The notes beneath the pieces are model-generated. The model was not told the DNA's origin and did not search any database. It worked only from the letters and a program-made list of their open reading frames with translations. Positions 28,753 to 40,234 of a stretch of 64,000 nt of DNA are shown here, in pieces (positions within the stretch are counted from its first letter, which is position 1; each line of letters begins with the position of its first letter). Position numbers and translations under genes: made by a program. Origin of the DNA: Flectobacillus longus. Its GTDB lineage: Bacteria; Bacteroidota; Bacteroidia; Cytophagales; Spirosomataceae. The stretch is taken from the NCBI RefSeq assembly GCF_030056705.1, contig NZ_JASHIC010000012.1, forward strand, positions 986 to 64,985, in the 5' to 3' direction.

Positions 28753-29142
28753 TTAAATTTATAAAAAGGAATTGTTGGACAAAAGTACGAAAACCAGTTA
28801 TAAGATACCGAAAAAAATAGCTTTTTAGCTTTGGTAATTTTTATTAGGTGTAAAATAAGAATAGAATCATCCAAAACCATAACCATATCGCCAAAATTCT
28901 GGAATGATACAGACCTATTACACTCTTTCTATTAACATTGATAGTCAAATGTTTATGGAATAATTTTCTCAATTATATACAAAAATCAAAGCTCTTCACC
29001 ACAATCCCTATTAACAAAATAGATTTTAACCATTTATTGATAATTATTTAATAGTTTTTTTGCTACTTATGTAATTTTTTCTTGATTTTTTTGTTATATT
29101 TATAATTCGTATTCTAATCACTTTACGTAAATAAGTGCTGCA

Positions 29143-29340
29143 ATGAAACAAGAAACAATCTATCAGGTGATTTGTGATGGTCATATTCATACCATCATTC
29201 CTGCGGAAAATGATGTTCCAGCAGGTTGGAAAACAACGGGTCGTTCGGGGACAAAAGATTTGTGCCTAGAGTATATCGACGAGGTAACGAGAAATTCAAT
29301 CATTTCTTTTTTGAGGAACAGAGGTAATTGTACCTATTAG
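29143..29340 (+). CDS. Hypothetical small protein (65 aa)
   Basis: Track ORF MKQETIYQVICDGHIHTIIPAENDVPAGWKTTGRSG.... No family recognised. A strong terminator follows about 90 bp downstream. Could be spurious. Confidence 0.3.
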   Translation: MKQETIYQVICDGHIHTIIPAENDVPAGWKTTGRSGTKDLCLEYIDEVTRNSIISFLRNRGNCTY

Positions 29341-29429
29341 GCGTGAGAGCAGGATTGTGAATGTCACATCGTATCCATCATTTGCTCCTCAAAATTTCTA
29401 GATTTCAAAACGATTTTTTCCAAATAATA

Positions 29430-29465
29430 AAGGGTTCTAGCTGAAGCTAGAACCCTTTTCTTTTA
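29430..29465. terminator. Bidirectional rho-independent terminator AAGGGTTCTAGCT-GA-AGCTAGAACCCTT + TTTCTTTT
   Basis: Perfect 13-bp stem with T-tracts on both sides. Lies between the small + ORF and the 3' end of the minus-strand membrane protein gene. Confidence 0.65.
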
Positions 29466-29503
29466 GATTTTATAAAAAAATTACTTAATCACCAACCACT
29501 AAA

Positions 29504-30736
29504 TTACAGATTATTAACCCATTGCATCATCAAACCTGTCAGATAACCACAATACGTGCCCAAGGCATAACCCAATATTGCCAGCAAAACACCTACCGAG
29601 GCCAAAGAAGGATGAAAAGCCGCCGCTACTACCGACGCCGAAGCTGCACCACCTACGTTAGCCTGAGAGCCCACAGCCGTGAAAAAGAAGGGAGCTTTGA
29701 CAATATAAGCCGCTAGCAAAGTAAATCCTGCATGAAAAGACATCCAAATAAGTCCAATCAGAAATAGCTGAGGTTTGTCTAAAGCCGAAATAACGTTCAT
29801 CTGCATACCGATGGTTGCAATGAGGATATACAAAAAAAGTGACCCAAATTGTGAAGCTCCCATACGTTCTATCTGACGAGCTTTAGTTTGTGATAATGCC
29901 AGTCCAAACAGTGTAACCAAAGAAATCACCCAAAATGATGACGAGGTAAGACTAAATTTCTTCAAATCAGGATAATGAGTTTCGATAAATGGTACAATTA
30001 TATCGGCACAGGCATGAGCAAAGGCTGTAGTTCCAAAGCCCACAAACAAGACCATCATCAAATCTTTCACACTCAAACTTTGTTGTTGGTTGGCTGCCTC
30101 TGCTTCCATTTTCTGCTTTACTTCCTCCACGGCTGTCGTATCAGCACCAAGCCATTTGTCTAGTTTGGCACTACGAGCTACCCCAAATAGCAATACAGCC
30201 AGCCAGAGTTCAGCTGTAATCACATCAACGGCAATTGCTTGAGAAAAGACCTCAGGACTAGGTTGAAAAACTTCCTTCAATGCTGTCTGATTGGCACTTC
30301 CTCCTATCCAACTACCTGCAATAGTGGCTAATCCACGCCATACTTCTCCTGCTAGTACTTCTGGCCATATTGTTTTGACTACCCAAATTGAAACGGGCCC
30401 GCCAACCATAACGCCCAACGAACCTGCCAAAAACACAATTAAGGCTTTAGGACCAAGTTTTTTGAGTGCCTGAAAATCGATACTTATGGTAAAATAAACT
30501 AAACAAGCTGGCAACAGAAACTTAGACGCTACTGCATACAATTTAGATTCTTCTCCAGAAATAATATGAAAAGAATTGAGTAACCCTGGCACAAAATAGC
30601 AAACCAGAATACTGGGAATAATTTGATAGAACTTTTGCCAAAAAGAAGATTTAATACTTGAAGTATAAAAGGTAAAAGCAATGATTCCAATAAGTAAACC
30701 AAAAACAATGGCATCGTTTGTAATGAGTGTCTGCAT
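29504..30736 (-). CDS. Polytopic integral membrane protein (possibly DUF819 family)
   Basis: 410 aa, about 11 predicted TM helices, Gly/Ala-rich C-terminal half. DUF819 assignment is from memory and unverified. Confidence 0.55.
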   Translation of the reverse strand: MQTLITNDAIVFGLLIGIIAFTFYTSSIKSSFWQKFYQIIPSILVCYFVPGLLNSFHIISGEESKLYAVASKFLLPACLVYFTISIDFQALKKLGPKALIVFLAGSLGVMVGGPVSIWVVKTIWPEVLAGEVWRGLATIAGSWIGGSANQTALKEVFQPSPEVFSQAIAVDVITAELWLAVLLFGVARSAKLDKWLGADTTAVEEVKQKMEAEAANQQQSLSVKDLMMVLFVGFGTTAFAHACADIIVPFIETHYPDLKKFSLTSSSFWVISLVTLFGLALSQTKARQIERMGASQFGSLFLYILIATIGMQMNVISALDKPQLFLIGLIWMSFHAGFTLLAAYIVKAPFFFTAVGSQANVGGAASASVVAAAFHPSLASVGVLLAILGYALGTYCGYLTGLMMQWVNNL

Positions 30737-31060
30737 AGAAAACTGAGGTAAGTATATATTCTGTTAATCAGCAAATTAAGGGATTATTGCGAAACAGACA
30801 AATATCTATATTCCTCTCAGTTTCTTATTCCTGATATTATTTCTACTCAAAAAATGCGACAACAAAACAATCTTTATAGCCTTATTTTAGAAAAAGAAAG
30901 CATATTTCGAGGGTAATTATATCAAATAATAGCAGTGTATTAGAGTCGGCCTGGTACAAGAATTAAATTAATAGAGTATTCAAAGTGAATGTCATTTCAA
31001 AACACCGACTGCCAAATTGCTAGTCGGTGTTTTTGTTTTTGTAGTTTTTATTCCTGACAA

Positions 31061-32971
31061 TTATTCAGCAGGATTTTCTTCATTTTTTTGTTTTTTGGTC
31101 ATTTCTTCCATCAATTTTAATCCTAAAAGCCCACTCAATGGACCACCTTGTTCATTGTTACCTCCAGTAATTAAAATATCTGGCATTACTTTGATTTTTT
31201 CTTTACCGATACTTTCAGTGATTTTCAATTGTGTAAAATTATCACCACCCATAGCAGATACTTGTAACTGATACGATTCTGCTTCGGCTTTACCAATGGC
31301 CAAAATTTTCTCGGCCTCTGCATTACCAGTTTTACTAATTTTTTCGGCTTCCGCAGTTGCCAACAACTTCACTCTTTCCGACTCGGCACTAGCTTGGAGT
31401 TTTACTCTCTCTGCTTCTGCTCCAGCTTGTAATTTCAAACTTTGGGCTTCGCCTTGTGCTTTTTTCACAGCAGCGTCAGCAATTCTTTCCGCAATTAATA
31501 CACCTTGGTCAGCTTTTACAATATCTTTCTGAATATCAGCAATCGCCGTTTCTTTCTCTAATGCCTGACGGGTTTCTTGCGCCATTTTTTGTGTATCATA
31601 GGTTACTTTTTGCTCTTCAGCCAACTTCCGATCGGTCAAAGTTTTCATCAAAGATTCTGGCGGAACGATATCCCCTATCAGCGTATCTACGGCATTTACA
31701 TTGTATTGATTGAGTACTTCGGCAATATATCTTCGGGCTGTATCTTGGCGCTCGGCACGAGAACCTAAAAATGAAATTACGTCTGAATCCTGTGCCGAAT
31801 TTCTGAAATAGTTACCAATCGTTGGTTCTAGCACCTGACTAACCAAGTTGTTCATATTACCAAAACGAGCAATTACTTTTGGTGCTTCATAATTAGGAAT
31901 ATGAATGATTTGCGAAACATCCAGATTAAATGGAAAACCATCTTTAGAACGCACTGTAATCGTCGAAAGATTTTTATCCAACTGGTGGGATTCAGAACGG
32001 GCACTTGCCCAGTTTAATACTAAGTTGGTTGTTGGTACCAATTCAATTTTTTGCACATAAGTATTCAAGGGATATTTACCAGGACCGAGAGGTTCATTCC
32101 ATACACCTTTAAAGCCTTTTTCGACAATATTGCCATGCTTAAACTCCGTCCCACTTATATCTACGCCGTCTTCGCCTACATACGAAATCACAACCCCAAC
32201 GTGTCCAATCGGAATCTCGGTCATGTGGATTTCTTCGACGCGGGCAAACCACGGATTGAGGTTATACGAACCTGCCAAGATTACTTGCTGTTGCAAACCT
32301 TTGTTACCTCCAGCATTCAGAAACTGGTCGGCGTCTTGAAAGTTATTATGCCCTTCGATAGGCTTACCAGAAATTTGTCCGACAGGAATCGACGCACCAT
32401 CCATTGTGGTGATAATTCCCACCATATTCTCCTGAATTTCTGTGATGTCTGTAATTTCTACTTCAAATAAAAGTGTGTTTATGCGGTAAGAACCCGCTGT
32501 GATTACGGCAGTTTGTCGACCTTTTCGACCACCAATTTTCAAAAATGCTTCAGCATCTTGAAAACCATCGCATTCGACCTTGCGTGCCAAAATACTACCT
32601 GTTTCTAACTCCTTACCATCACGTGCCAAAACCAAACCAATTTTACCTGTTGGCACTACGGTAAGAGGTTGTAATACGACATCATACTGCCAAATCCAAA
32701 GCCAAAAGTAAATCCCTGGCGCTAATGGTTTTGCTTGAAAACCAGCCTCTCCTTCGGTAGCAAAAATCCTGCCTTCGGGCAAAGACTTTTTATCACCAAA
32801 CAAGACAAACTTCTTGGTTACTAGACCAATACGGTCTTCTGGAACAATAATAATACCTAATAAACGGAAAATAAATTTGTAAAAAATGAGGCAAAGTATG
32901 GGTATCAAAATCACCACATACGTAGAATAGGATGTTAACATTGAAGTATGTATATTATGTAAAAGTATCAA
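31061..32971 (-). CDS. SPFH/band-7 flotillin-like protein
   Basis: 636 aa. N-terminal membrane anchor then RIGLVTKKF. Two related SPFH-like segments (...GGRKGRQTAVITAGSYRINTLLFEV... and ...GGNKGLQQQVILAGSYNLNPWFARVE...). C-terminal coiled-coil with flotillin AEAE-type repeats (KVKLLATAEAEKISKTGNAEAEKILAIGKAEAE). Confidence 0.8.
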   Translation of the reverse strand: MILLHNIHTSMLTSYSTYVVILIPILCLIFYKFIFRLLGIIIVPEDRIGLVTKKFVLFGDKKSLPEGRIFATEGEAGFQAKPLAPGIYFWLWIWQYDVVLQPLTVVPTGKIGLVLARDGKELETGSILARKVECDGFQDAEAFLKIGGRKGRQTAVITAGSYRINTLLFEVEITDITEIQENMVGIITTMDGASIPVGQISGKPIEGHNNFQDADQFLNAGGNKGLQQQVILAGSYNLNPWFARVEEIHMTEIPIGHVGVVISYVGEDGVDISGTEFKHGNIVEKGFKGVWNEPLGPGKYPLNTYVQKIELVPTTNLVLNWASARSESHQLDKNLSTITVRSKDGFPFNLDVSQIIHIPNYEAPKVIARFGNMNNLVSQVLEPTIGNYFRNSAQDSDVISFLGSRAERQDTARRYIAEVLNQYNVNAVDTLIGDIVPPESLMKTLTDRKLAEEQKVTYDTQKMAQETRQALEKETAIADIQKDIVKADQGVLIAERIADAAVKKAQGEAQSLKLQAGAEAERVKLQASAESERVKLLATAEAEKISKTGNAEAEKILAIGKAEAESYQLQVSAMGGDNFTQLKITESIGKEKIKVMPDILITGGNNEQGGPLSGLLGLKLMEEMTKKQKNEENPAE

Positions 32972-33202
32972 ACCGCTGATTAGCAGTGGTTCACGTGCTA
33001 AATTTGGCGGGAAGTCAGACTCATTATACTGCTTTTGTGAAGAATGGTAGGCGGTTAGGATAAAAGGAGCTTTTTGATTTTATCCTAAAAACACCTTTAA
33101 AATCTGAATATTTTTTCAGTTTTCGTTTTAGAAAAATAGCCTAAATATTTCTCTAAATTTGTATCTCCAAAATGTACCTCCTCAGCTTTAACAGCAAAAC
33201 TT

Positions 33203-36200
33203 ATGACGGATTTTTTGAGTGCATCTCAGCACGAAACATATTTCAAAATATATTCTTCCTCGGCAGGTTCGGGGAAAACCTACACTTTAGCAAAGGAATA
33301 CATCAAACTAGCGCTTCGTTCCAAATCTCCTTGGTATTTCAACCATATCTTGGCAGTAACATTTACGAACAAAGCGGCGGGCGAAATGAAAGAACGTATC
33401 CTGAAATATCTCCGTATTTTTTCAAGTAACGACCCGCAAGAACAAGCGACGGAACAAGGACTTTTTAATCAGATTTTAGAAGAATTACAGCAAGAAGGTA
33501 TCGAGATAGACGACGTTACCTTACGTGCCCGTGCCTCCGCTACTTTCAAGCATATCATACACGAATACGCTAACTTTTCGGTTTCGACTATCGACTCCTT
33601 TGTTCAGCGAGTGGTAAGTGCCTTTACAGAAGAATTAGGTTTTCCGTTCAATTTTGAAGTAAACCTCGATTCTGAAGTGCTATTGGATGCTGCTGTTGAG
33701 CAATTATTACAAAAAACTAATACCGAAACCTACGAGCAAATTACCGAGGCTATCAAAAGTTTTGCATTAGACAAAGCTACCGATGGGCGCTCATGGAATG
33801 GTATCAATGACGAAATTGCCAATTTTGGTCGAGATTTATTGAATGACCAATTTCAAGAACATATTGAAAAATTAGGCGCACTAGAGCCTCTGGATTTTCT
33901 AAAAATTGAACAGCAACTCAAGGATTTTAATCAAGGTGTCGAAAAACATATCAAAGAAATCGTGGCGATTGCGCTTGAAACTGCCAACGAAAATGATTTG
34001 ACGGTAGATGATTTTCCATTCAAAAAGTCTGGTCCGTTTGGTTATTTTATTCAATTGGCCAATGGTGCTGATATTTTTAAAGAACCTGGTGCAAGATTTC
34101 TGAATGCTTTGTCCGACAATACTTGGCATGCCAAAAGTACAACTAAGCCTATCGCTGCCACTATCATGGGTATTGCCGATACGCTAACTGATACAGGAAA
34201 CTTTCTATTAGAAGCGCAAAAGCGTTTAAAACCAAGATTTTTGCTTTATCGAGAAATCTTAAAGCAAATCAAAAAGCTCGCTTTGTTGAGTCAGTTGAAA
34301 AAAGAAATCGCTGCTATTCAGGACGAATCGGGACAAATCCATATTTCGGAATTTAACCGTAAAATCCTCGAAATTGTCGTAAATGAGCCTATTCCTTTTA
34401 TTTATGAGCGTTTGGGCGAACGATATAATCATATTTTGATAGATGAATTTCAGGATACTTCTACCCTACAATGGCATAACTTTTTGCCTTTGATAGAAAA
34501 CGCCCTCGCGAGTGGTCACTTCAACTTGGCTGTGGGCGACGCCAAACAATCTATTTATCGATTCAGGGGTGGCGAAATGGGTTTGATTGTCAACTTGCAC
34601 AAAAAGCAAATTGATGATTTGACCAAACCTATTGCCGACGATACCTTTTTGGTTGAACGCTATGAGAGTATTCGCCCCTATATCAAGCCCGAAAACTTGA
34701 ATACCAATTACCGAAGCTCGGCAGAAGTCATCAGCTTTAACAACGCTTTATTTGAAGCCATCAAAGTTGACCCTGAGTATTTGGCAATAGCCCCAAGTTT
34801 GCCGAGGGTTTATGACGAATATTTTGCGCAAAAAGTACCTGCAAAACCTTTGGAGGGCGGTCATGTACAGGTTGATTTTATCATAGGAAAAGAAACTGAC
34901 CGCTTGATGATTGAAAAAGTTGAGCAAGTGCTAGAAGAAGTACTTGCCATCGGTTACAAGCTCAAAGATGTGGCTGTTTTATGTCGTAGAAATAAGGATT
35001 CTAAGGTAATAGCTAATGCGCTGAAGGAACGAAATATCGATGTAATTTCTTCCGATTCTTTGAGCTTAGCAGCCTCAGACGCCGTCAATTTAATCATGGC
35101 GATCATGAAAGTAGTACAAAATCCAGATAATGCGCTTGCCAAATATGAAGCGGTGTATTTGTACTATCGAGTGGTTTTGCACAAAGTTCCTAATACGCAA
35201 GAAAACAAGGTTATCAAGGATACCATAGAGAGTCGTGACATCTTGAAGTTTTTTGAATTAATTGACAAAAGCCTTGTACCTACCGCCTTACAGCAAATGA
35301 GCTTGTACGAAATAGCCGAAAAGTTATTACAGACTTTCGAGCTTTTCAAACATGACAAAGAGCTTGACTTTATTTTCAGATTTTTGGATGTTGTCATTGA
35401 GTTTCAGCACATGAAAAGTACTCACTTGACAGACTTTATCAATTATTGGGAAAACAAAAAAGAAAGCCTTTCGATTATGTCTCCAGCAGGGCAAAATGCC
35501 GTTACGGTGACAAGTGTACATAAATCTAAAGGTTTAGAGTTTCCTGTGGTCATTATTCCTTATTGTCATTGGTCAATTGACACAGGACTTAATTCTTCTC
35601 GTTGGTTCGGATTAGAAGACGAAGGACTTTTTGAAGAATTAATCGTTGAACAAGCCGAAGAGAATATTACCAAAGCATTGACGACTGCACCGCTCAAAAT
35701 GGTCAAGGAGTTAGAAAATACGCATTTAGTAGATGAATATCGTGCAGAGAAAGAAGAAACTTTTCTTGAAAGCTTAAATATGCTCTACGTAGCGCTTACT
35801 CGTCCGAAAGATAGGCTGTATATGGTGGTTAAAAGAGATAGTAGAAACCTCAATAAGACTGTCGGTGGCTTATTGCTACGCTTTGTAGATGGCGAAGGAA
35901 TGCCTTCCGAAGAACCTTTCACGAAGGTGCTATACGATGGTTTGCCAAAGGTCCTAAAACCTGAAAAAGAAAAGATTGCTCCTACGATGACCATTCAGGA
36001 AATTGTGACCTCAGAACGTAGCCAGACCATTCAGCTCAAACAATCGGCGGAAAGACTATTTGATTTAGAGACTTTTGAAAAAAGTAAAGATTACGGAAAT
36101 AAAGTCCACGCAGCTTTTGCCAAAATAAAAACCAAAAAAGATATAGATAGTGCTTTGGCAGATTTGCAACGTGAAGGGTTAATAGTCGAAAATGAGCAAG

Positions 36201-36505
36201 AAGAGTTAAAAGCAACTATTCAAAAAATCATTGATTTACCTGAAATTAGTCCGTTTTTTGAAGTTCCTGAGCGATTTATCAGAAATGAAAGAGAAATTCT
36301 AAGACCCAATCAGTCGCCATTACGTCCAGATAGAGTAATCAAAATGGGCTCAAAGATTGTGATTTTGGATTATAAGACAGGTTCAAAAAGCAATAGCCAC
36401 AAATATCAAGTCAAAGACTACCAGAAAATCTATCAAGCTATGGGCTATACCGAAGTGGAAGGGTATTTGGTATATCTTGAAACGATGGAAATAGTAAAAG
36501 TTTAG
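33203..36505 (+). CDS. UvrD/AddA-like ATP-dependent helicase fused to a C-terminal PD-(D/E)xK nuclease
   Basis: 1100 aa. Walker A SSAGSGKTYTL. Motif Ia VTFTNKAAGEM. Walker B/DExx ILIDEFQDTS. Motif V/VI VTSVHKSKGLEFPVV. C-terminal nuclease motif VILDYKTGSK....Y. Confidence 0.85.
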   Translation: MTDFLSASQHETYFKIYSSSAGSGKTYTLAKEYIKLALRSKSPWYFNHILAVTFTNKAAGEMKERILKYLRIFSSNDPQEQATEQGLFNQILEELQQEGIEIDDVTLRARASATFKHIIHEYANFSVSTIDSFVQRVVSAFTEELGFPFNFEVNLDSEVLLDAAVEQLLQKTNTETYEQITEAIKSFALDKATDGRSWNGINDEIANFGRDLLNDQFQEHIEKLGALEPLDFLKIEQQLKDFNQGVEKHIKEIVAIALETANENDLTVDDFPFKKSGPFGYFIQLANGADIFKEPGARFLNALSDNTWHAKSTTKPIAATIMGIADTLTDTGNFLLEAQKRLKPRFLLYREILKQIKKLALLSQLKKEIAAIQDESGQIHISEFNRKILEIVVNEPIPFIYERLGERYNHILIDEFQDTSTLQWHNFLPLIENALASGHFNLAVGDAKQSIYRFRGGEMGLIVNLHKKQIDDLTKPIADDTFLVERYESIRPYIKPENLNTNYRSSAEVISFNNALFEAIKVDPEYLAIAPSLPRVYDEYFAQKVPAKPLEGGHVQVDFIIGKETDRLMIEKVEQVLEEVLAIGYKLKDVAVLCRRNKDSKVIANALKERNIDVISSDSLSLAASDAVNLIMAIMKVVQNPDNALAKYEAVYLYYRVVLHKVPNTQENKVIKDTIESRDILKFFELIDKSLVPTALQQMSLYEIAEKLLQTFELFKHDKELDFIFRFLDVVIEFQHMKSTHLTDFINYWENKKESLSIMSPAGQNAVTVTSVHKSKGLEFPVVIIPYCHWSIDTGLNSSRWFGLEDEGLFEELIVEQAEENITKALTTAPLKMVKELENTHLVDEYRAEKEETFLESLNMLYVALTRPKDRLYMVVKRDSRNLNKTVGGLLLRFVDGEGMPSEEPFTKVLYDGLPKVLKPEKEKIAPTMTIQEIVTSERSQTIQLKQSAERLFDLETFEKSKDYGNKVHAAFAKIKTKKDIDSALADLQREGLIVENEQEELKATIQKIIDLPEISPFFEVPERFIRNEREILRPNQSPLRPDRVIKMGSKIVILDYKTGSKSNSHKYQVKDYQKIYQAMGYTEVEGYLVYLETMEIVKV

Positions 36506-36646
36506 GAATATTTCTGATGAAATGATGGAAACACTTTTGTCAAATGCCCATAGCTGATTGCTTAGCTTAAATCATGTTTAACAACAAATGTGCCCCAAAC
36601 ACCATTTTTATTGTGATGTTTAGGGCGCTTTTGTTTGTTTTAGACC

Positions 36647-37888
36647 TTATAATTTTTTCATCTCCTTATAAGCATTCCTCATCCAATAAATTACCCCAAA
36701 GAAAATAATCAGTTGAAAAGCGTATTCGATGACAAACTTGATTTGTAAGAAATATAGCCAATTATAAAACGGTTTTCCAATTCTAAACCAAAGTGATGCT
36801 TGTAAAACTGCTGCTGTTTGAATGATAAAAGAGTAAACGAAATACTTTTTATCTTCAAAATTTACTAATCCAAAAAGCATTGGCATGGCATAGATAAAAA
36901 TATAATTGGAGTAAGCTCCTATTTGAAATATCATCATTACGCCAAAAATACCTAGCCACACAAAAGGTACAAATTGTTTTAATTCAAGATTTTTAAATTT
37001 GACAGCCTGCCAAGACGAAACCCCAATAATCACAAAAAGTCCAATCCAGTTTAAGATTCTAATATTAAATTTGGCGATTAATTCGCCCAATATAGGGTAA
37101 GTTATTGACCAAACATTAGGACACATAGGCTCTTGTGCCAATTGGATTGGCATCAAAAAAGCGGTACCTCCATGCAAATACAAGAAAGCTAATGTTGGGA
37201 TTCCTAAAGCAGCCATTCCTAAAATAAAATTCCAACGATTGCTTAGTTTTAGAAAAATTGGAGGTACAAACAATACAAAAAATGCTTTTGTAACAATCAA
37301 CCCTAAAGCCACAATTACTCCCAACACAAAGTCTGATTTACCCTTCAACCATGCCCAAACCATCAAACAAGCAAATCCCCACATCCAGATATCTTCTTGT
37401 CCACCAATAACACAAAATATAAAAGGTGCAGGAAAACACAGATAAATCAAAGATTTAAACAAAATTTGTCCATTAGATAAACCATTGCGGTATGTCTTCA
37501 TCGTTAGAAGCAAAATCAAGAGCTCAACGATAATCATTAATAGCGTTAAGGCCCTAGCTGTATCCCAGAAAACTAGCGGAATAGCGGTAATATAAGCAAA
37601 CAAAGGAGAATACAAAGAAGGGAAATCTCGATAAACTATACCTAATTCCTGTGCCTTTTGTGCCGAGTGCCAAAAAATCTGTACATCAGACTGTGCATCA
37701 AAACCGTAATACACATACACAACCAAAAATGGAAGTATCCTAAATATAAAAGCTAATAATGAAAAAGAAGCAATTTTGCCAATACGGTCAAAAAATGATT
37801 CGACTTGCGGTCTAAACCTAAATGCCAGCCATGCAATCAAACAGAGGCTTAAAGAAAGATATGTTTTGTTGTAAATAACTTCGTACAT
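36647..37888 (-). CDS. Polytopic membrane protein, GT-C-like (DUF2029/mannosyltransferase-like) glycosyltransferase candidate
   Basis: 413 aa. At least 10 TM helices with periplasmic-loop acidic residues. Family call is from general architecture only. Confidence 0.45.
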   Translation of the reverse strand: MYEVIYNKTYLSLSLCLIAWLAFRFRPQVESFFDRIGKIASFSLLAFIFRILPFLVVYVYYGFDAQSDVQIFWHSAQKAQELGIVYRDFPSLYSPLFAYITAIPLVFWDTARALTLLMIIVELLILLLTMKTYRNGLSNGQILFKSLIYLCFPAPFIFCVIGGQEDIWMWGFACLMVWAWLKGKSDFVLGVIVALGLIVTKAFFVLFVPPIFLKLSNRWNFILGMAALGIPTLAFLYLHGGTAFLMPIQLAQEPMCPNVWSITYPILGELIAKFNIRILNWIGLFVIIGVSSWQAVKFKNLELKQFVPFVWLGIFGVMMIFQIGAYSNYIFIYAMPMLFGLVNFEDKKYFVYSFIIQTAAVLQASLWFRIGKPFYNWLYFLQIKFVIEYAFQLIIFFGVIYWMRNAYKEMKKL

Positions 37889-38441
37889 AAAGAGATTGTT
37901 TGTGGATACTTCCTCAGAAATACTAAAAAGTGATAGAATATTCTGAGTTAAGTTACGGAACCACTTTTACCGATAGTCTGTATTATTAGATAAACACCGT
38001 GATAGATGTAACTAGCAAGAGAAATCACGAAGTTACATAAACAAAATGTGATTAGAATCGTTACAAAAACAGGGTAAAAAACCAAAGGAATTTTCTTTTA
38101 ACAATGATAATTCCCATTGGGATTGCAAAATTAACTTTTCTAAAATTAATTATAGAAAGTTTGAGTAAAAACTATCAGGATTAATAAAGGACAAAATTAT
38201 ATTTTTCAAAGATAACTTTTGAAACAAATCCTTTACTCTTATTTTTGGCGTCTGAAATGAAACAGGGTACCGCCAGAAAAAAGATTTGATTAGTGGTTAT
38301 TGACTAATACAAATGTGTTGTCTAGCTTTAATGCTTGTTTTATATTTGTGAATTACTTTAAAACGGTATTTTCAATCCCTTTAATTAAAGATTGATGCAA
38401 CGCAAGTTGCTTCGACCATAAATTTCCTATAACTAAGAATC

Positions 38442-40097
38442 ATGGCAGAAATTATTACGATGCCCAAAATGAGCGACACCATGACTGAAGGTGTTGTGGC
38501 AGAGTGGCTCAAGAAAGTTGGCGACGTCCTCAAGCCAGGCGACGGTCTTTTGGCTGAAATCGAAACAGATAAAGCGACAATGGAGCTTGATTTGGATGAG
38601 AGAATGGACTTGAGCAATTTTAAAGATTGTAGACTTTTATACATTGGCTTAGAAAAAGGTAAAGCTGTACCTATCGATAGCATCATCGCTATCATCGGTG
38701 AAAATGGCGAAGCATACGAGCATCTTTTGAGTGGTGCTCCTGCGGCGGCGGCTCCTGCACCTGTTGCTGAAGCTCCTGCTGCGGCTCCTGCTGCTACAGC
38801 AGCTCCTGCGGTTGATACGTCAAATATCAAAGCTGAAATCATTGGTATGCCAAAAATGAGTGATACCATGACAGAAGGTACACTTGTAGCTTGGCTTCGC
38901 AAAGTTGGGGATGTTATCAAACCTGGCGAAGCACTTTTGGCTGAAGTTGAAACAGACAAAGCAACAATGGAGTTTGACCTTGACAACTTCATTGACATTT
39001 CTAAATATTCTCCTTGTACGCTGTTGTACATTGGTATCGAAGAAGGTAAAACAGTTGCAGTAGATGACGTTATCGCTGTTATTGGTGAGCCAGGTGCCAA
39101 CTATCAAGCATTGTTGTCAGCGGGTTCTGCACCAGCAGCCACTCCCGCACCAGTAGCAACTGCTACTCCTGCGGCAGCTCCTGCACCAGCAGCTCCAGTA
39201 GCTGAGGCAACTGTGACTTCTGCGGATGGTCGAGTGAAAGCTTCTCCTCTAGCAAAAGCTTTGGCAAAAGATAAAGGTATCAATTTGAACGAAGTAAAAG
39301 GTTCGGGAGAAAATGGTCGTATCGTAAAAACTGACATCGACAATTACGTTCCTGCTCCTAAGGCTGCACCAGCTGCTAAACCAGCGGCGGCGGCACCTGC
39401 TACAATCTTGGGTCAAGAAAGCTACGAGGAATTCTCAGTAAACCAAATGCGTAAAACTATCGCACGTCGTTTGTCTGAGTCTAAATTCTCTGCTCCTGAG
39501 TTCTATCTAACGATGGAAATCAATATGGACAAAGCTATGGCTGCTCGTACTTCAATGAACGAATTCTCTCCAGTAAAAATCTCGTTCAACGACATGGTAA
39601 TCAAAGCTGTAGCTGCTGCATTGACTAAACACCCGAAAGTAAACTCTTACTGGTTGGGCGACAAAATCCGTATCAACCACCACGTACACATTGGTATGGC
39701 GGTAGCAGTTGAGGACGGTTTGTTGGTTCCAGTAATCCGTTTTGCTAATACGAAGTCATTATCACAAATCTCGGCTGAAGCGAAAGATTTGGGTGGTAAG
39801 GCTAAAAATAAACAATTGCAACCAAAAGATTGGGAAGGCAATACTTTTACCGTAAGTAACTTAGGTATGTTCGGTATCGACGAGTTTACTTCTATCATCA
39901 ACCAACCAGAATCTTGTATTTTAGCTGTAGGTGGTATCAAAGAAACAGTTGGTGTGAAAAACGGACAGTTCTATGCTACTAACGTAATGAAAGTAACATT
40001 AACTTGTGACCACCGTACTGTGGATGGCGCAACTGGTGCTGCTTTCTTGCAAACATTCAAGCAATTGCTTGAAGATCCAATCAAATTATTGGTGTAA
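38442..40097 (+). CDS. Dihydrolipoyllysine-residue acyltransferase, E2 component of a 2-oxo acid (pyruvate) dehydrogenase complex, with two lipoyl domains
   Basis: Two lipoyl domains (…[13 protein letters not shown]… and …[13 protein letters not shown]…). Ala/Pro linkers. E3-binding domain ([36 protein letters not shown]). Catalytic domain with DHRTVDGA. Confidence 0.9.
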   Translation: MAEIITMPKMSDTMTEGVVAEWLKKVGDVLKPGDGLLAEIETDKATMELDLDERMDLSNFKDCRLLYIGLEKGKAVPIDSIIAIIGENGEAYEHLLSGAPAAAAPAPVAEAPAAAPAATAAPAVDTSNIKAEIIGMPKMSDTMTEGTLVAWLRKVGDVIKPGEALLAEVETDKATMEFDLDNFIDISKYSPCTLLYIGIEEGKTVAVDDVIAVIGEPGANYQALLSAGSAPAATPAPVATATPAAAPAPAAPVAEATVTSADGRVKASPLAKALAKDKGINLNEVKGSGENGRIVKTDIDNYVPAPKAAPAAKPAAAAPATILGQESYEEFSVNQMRKTIARRLSESKFSAPEFYLTMEINMDKAMAARTSMNEFSPVKISFNDMVIKAVAAALTKHPKVNSYWLGDKIRINHHVHIGMAVAVEDGLLVPVIRFANTKSLSQISAEAKDLGGKAKNKQLQPKDWEGNTFTVSNLGMFGIDEFTSIINQPESCILAVGGIKETVGVKNGQFYATNVMKVTLTCDHRTVDGATGAAFLQTFKQLLEDPIKLLV

Positions 40098-40234
40098 TCC
40101 AAGTATTTGAACCATCAAAAGATGAAAGATACTTCTTATCCAAAAGATGGGAAGCGTCTTTCATCTTTTGTGTTTTATAGAGGACTTAACGTCTTTCGTT
40201 TCTTTACCGACAAACATTTTATTCTTGAAAATAG

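Noticed and set aside
38381-39100. 239-aa and 95-aa minus-strand ORFs (Ala/Ser/Gly-rich) overlapping the pdh E2 gene
   Set aside because: They are antisense to the Ala/Pro-rich lipoyl-domain linkers of the E2 gene. Low-complexity GC-biased codons give long open frames on the opposite strand. No start context or motifs.
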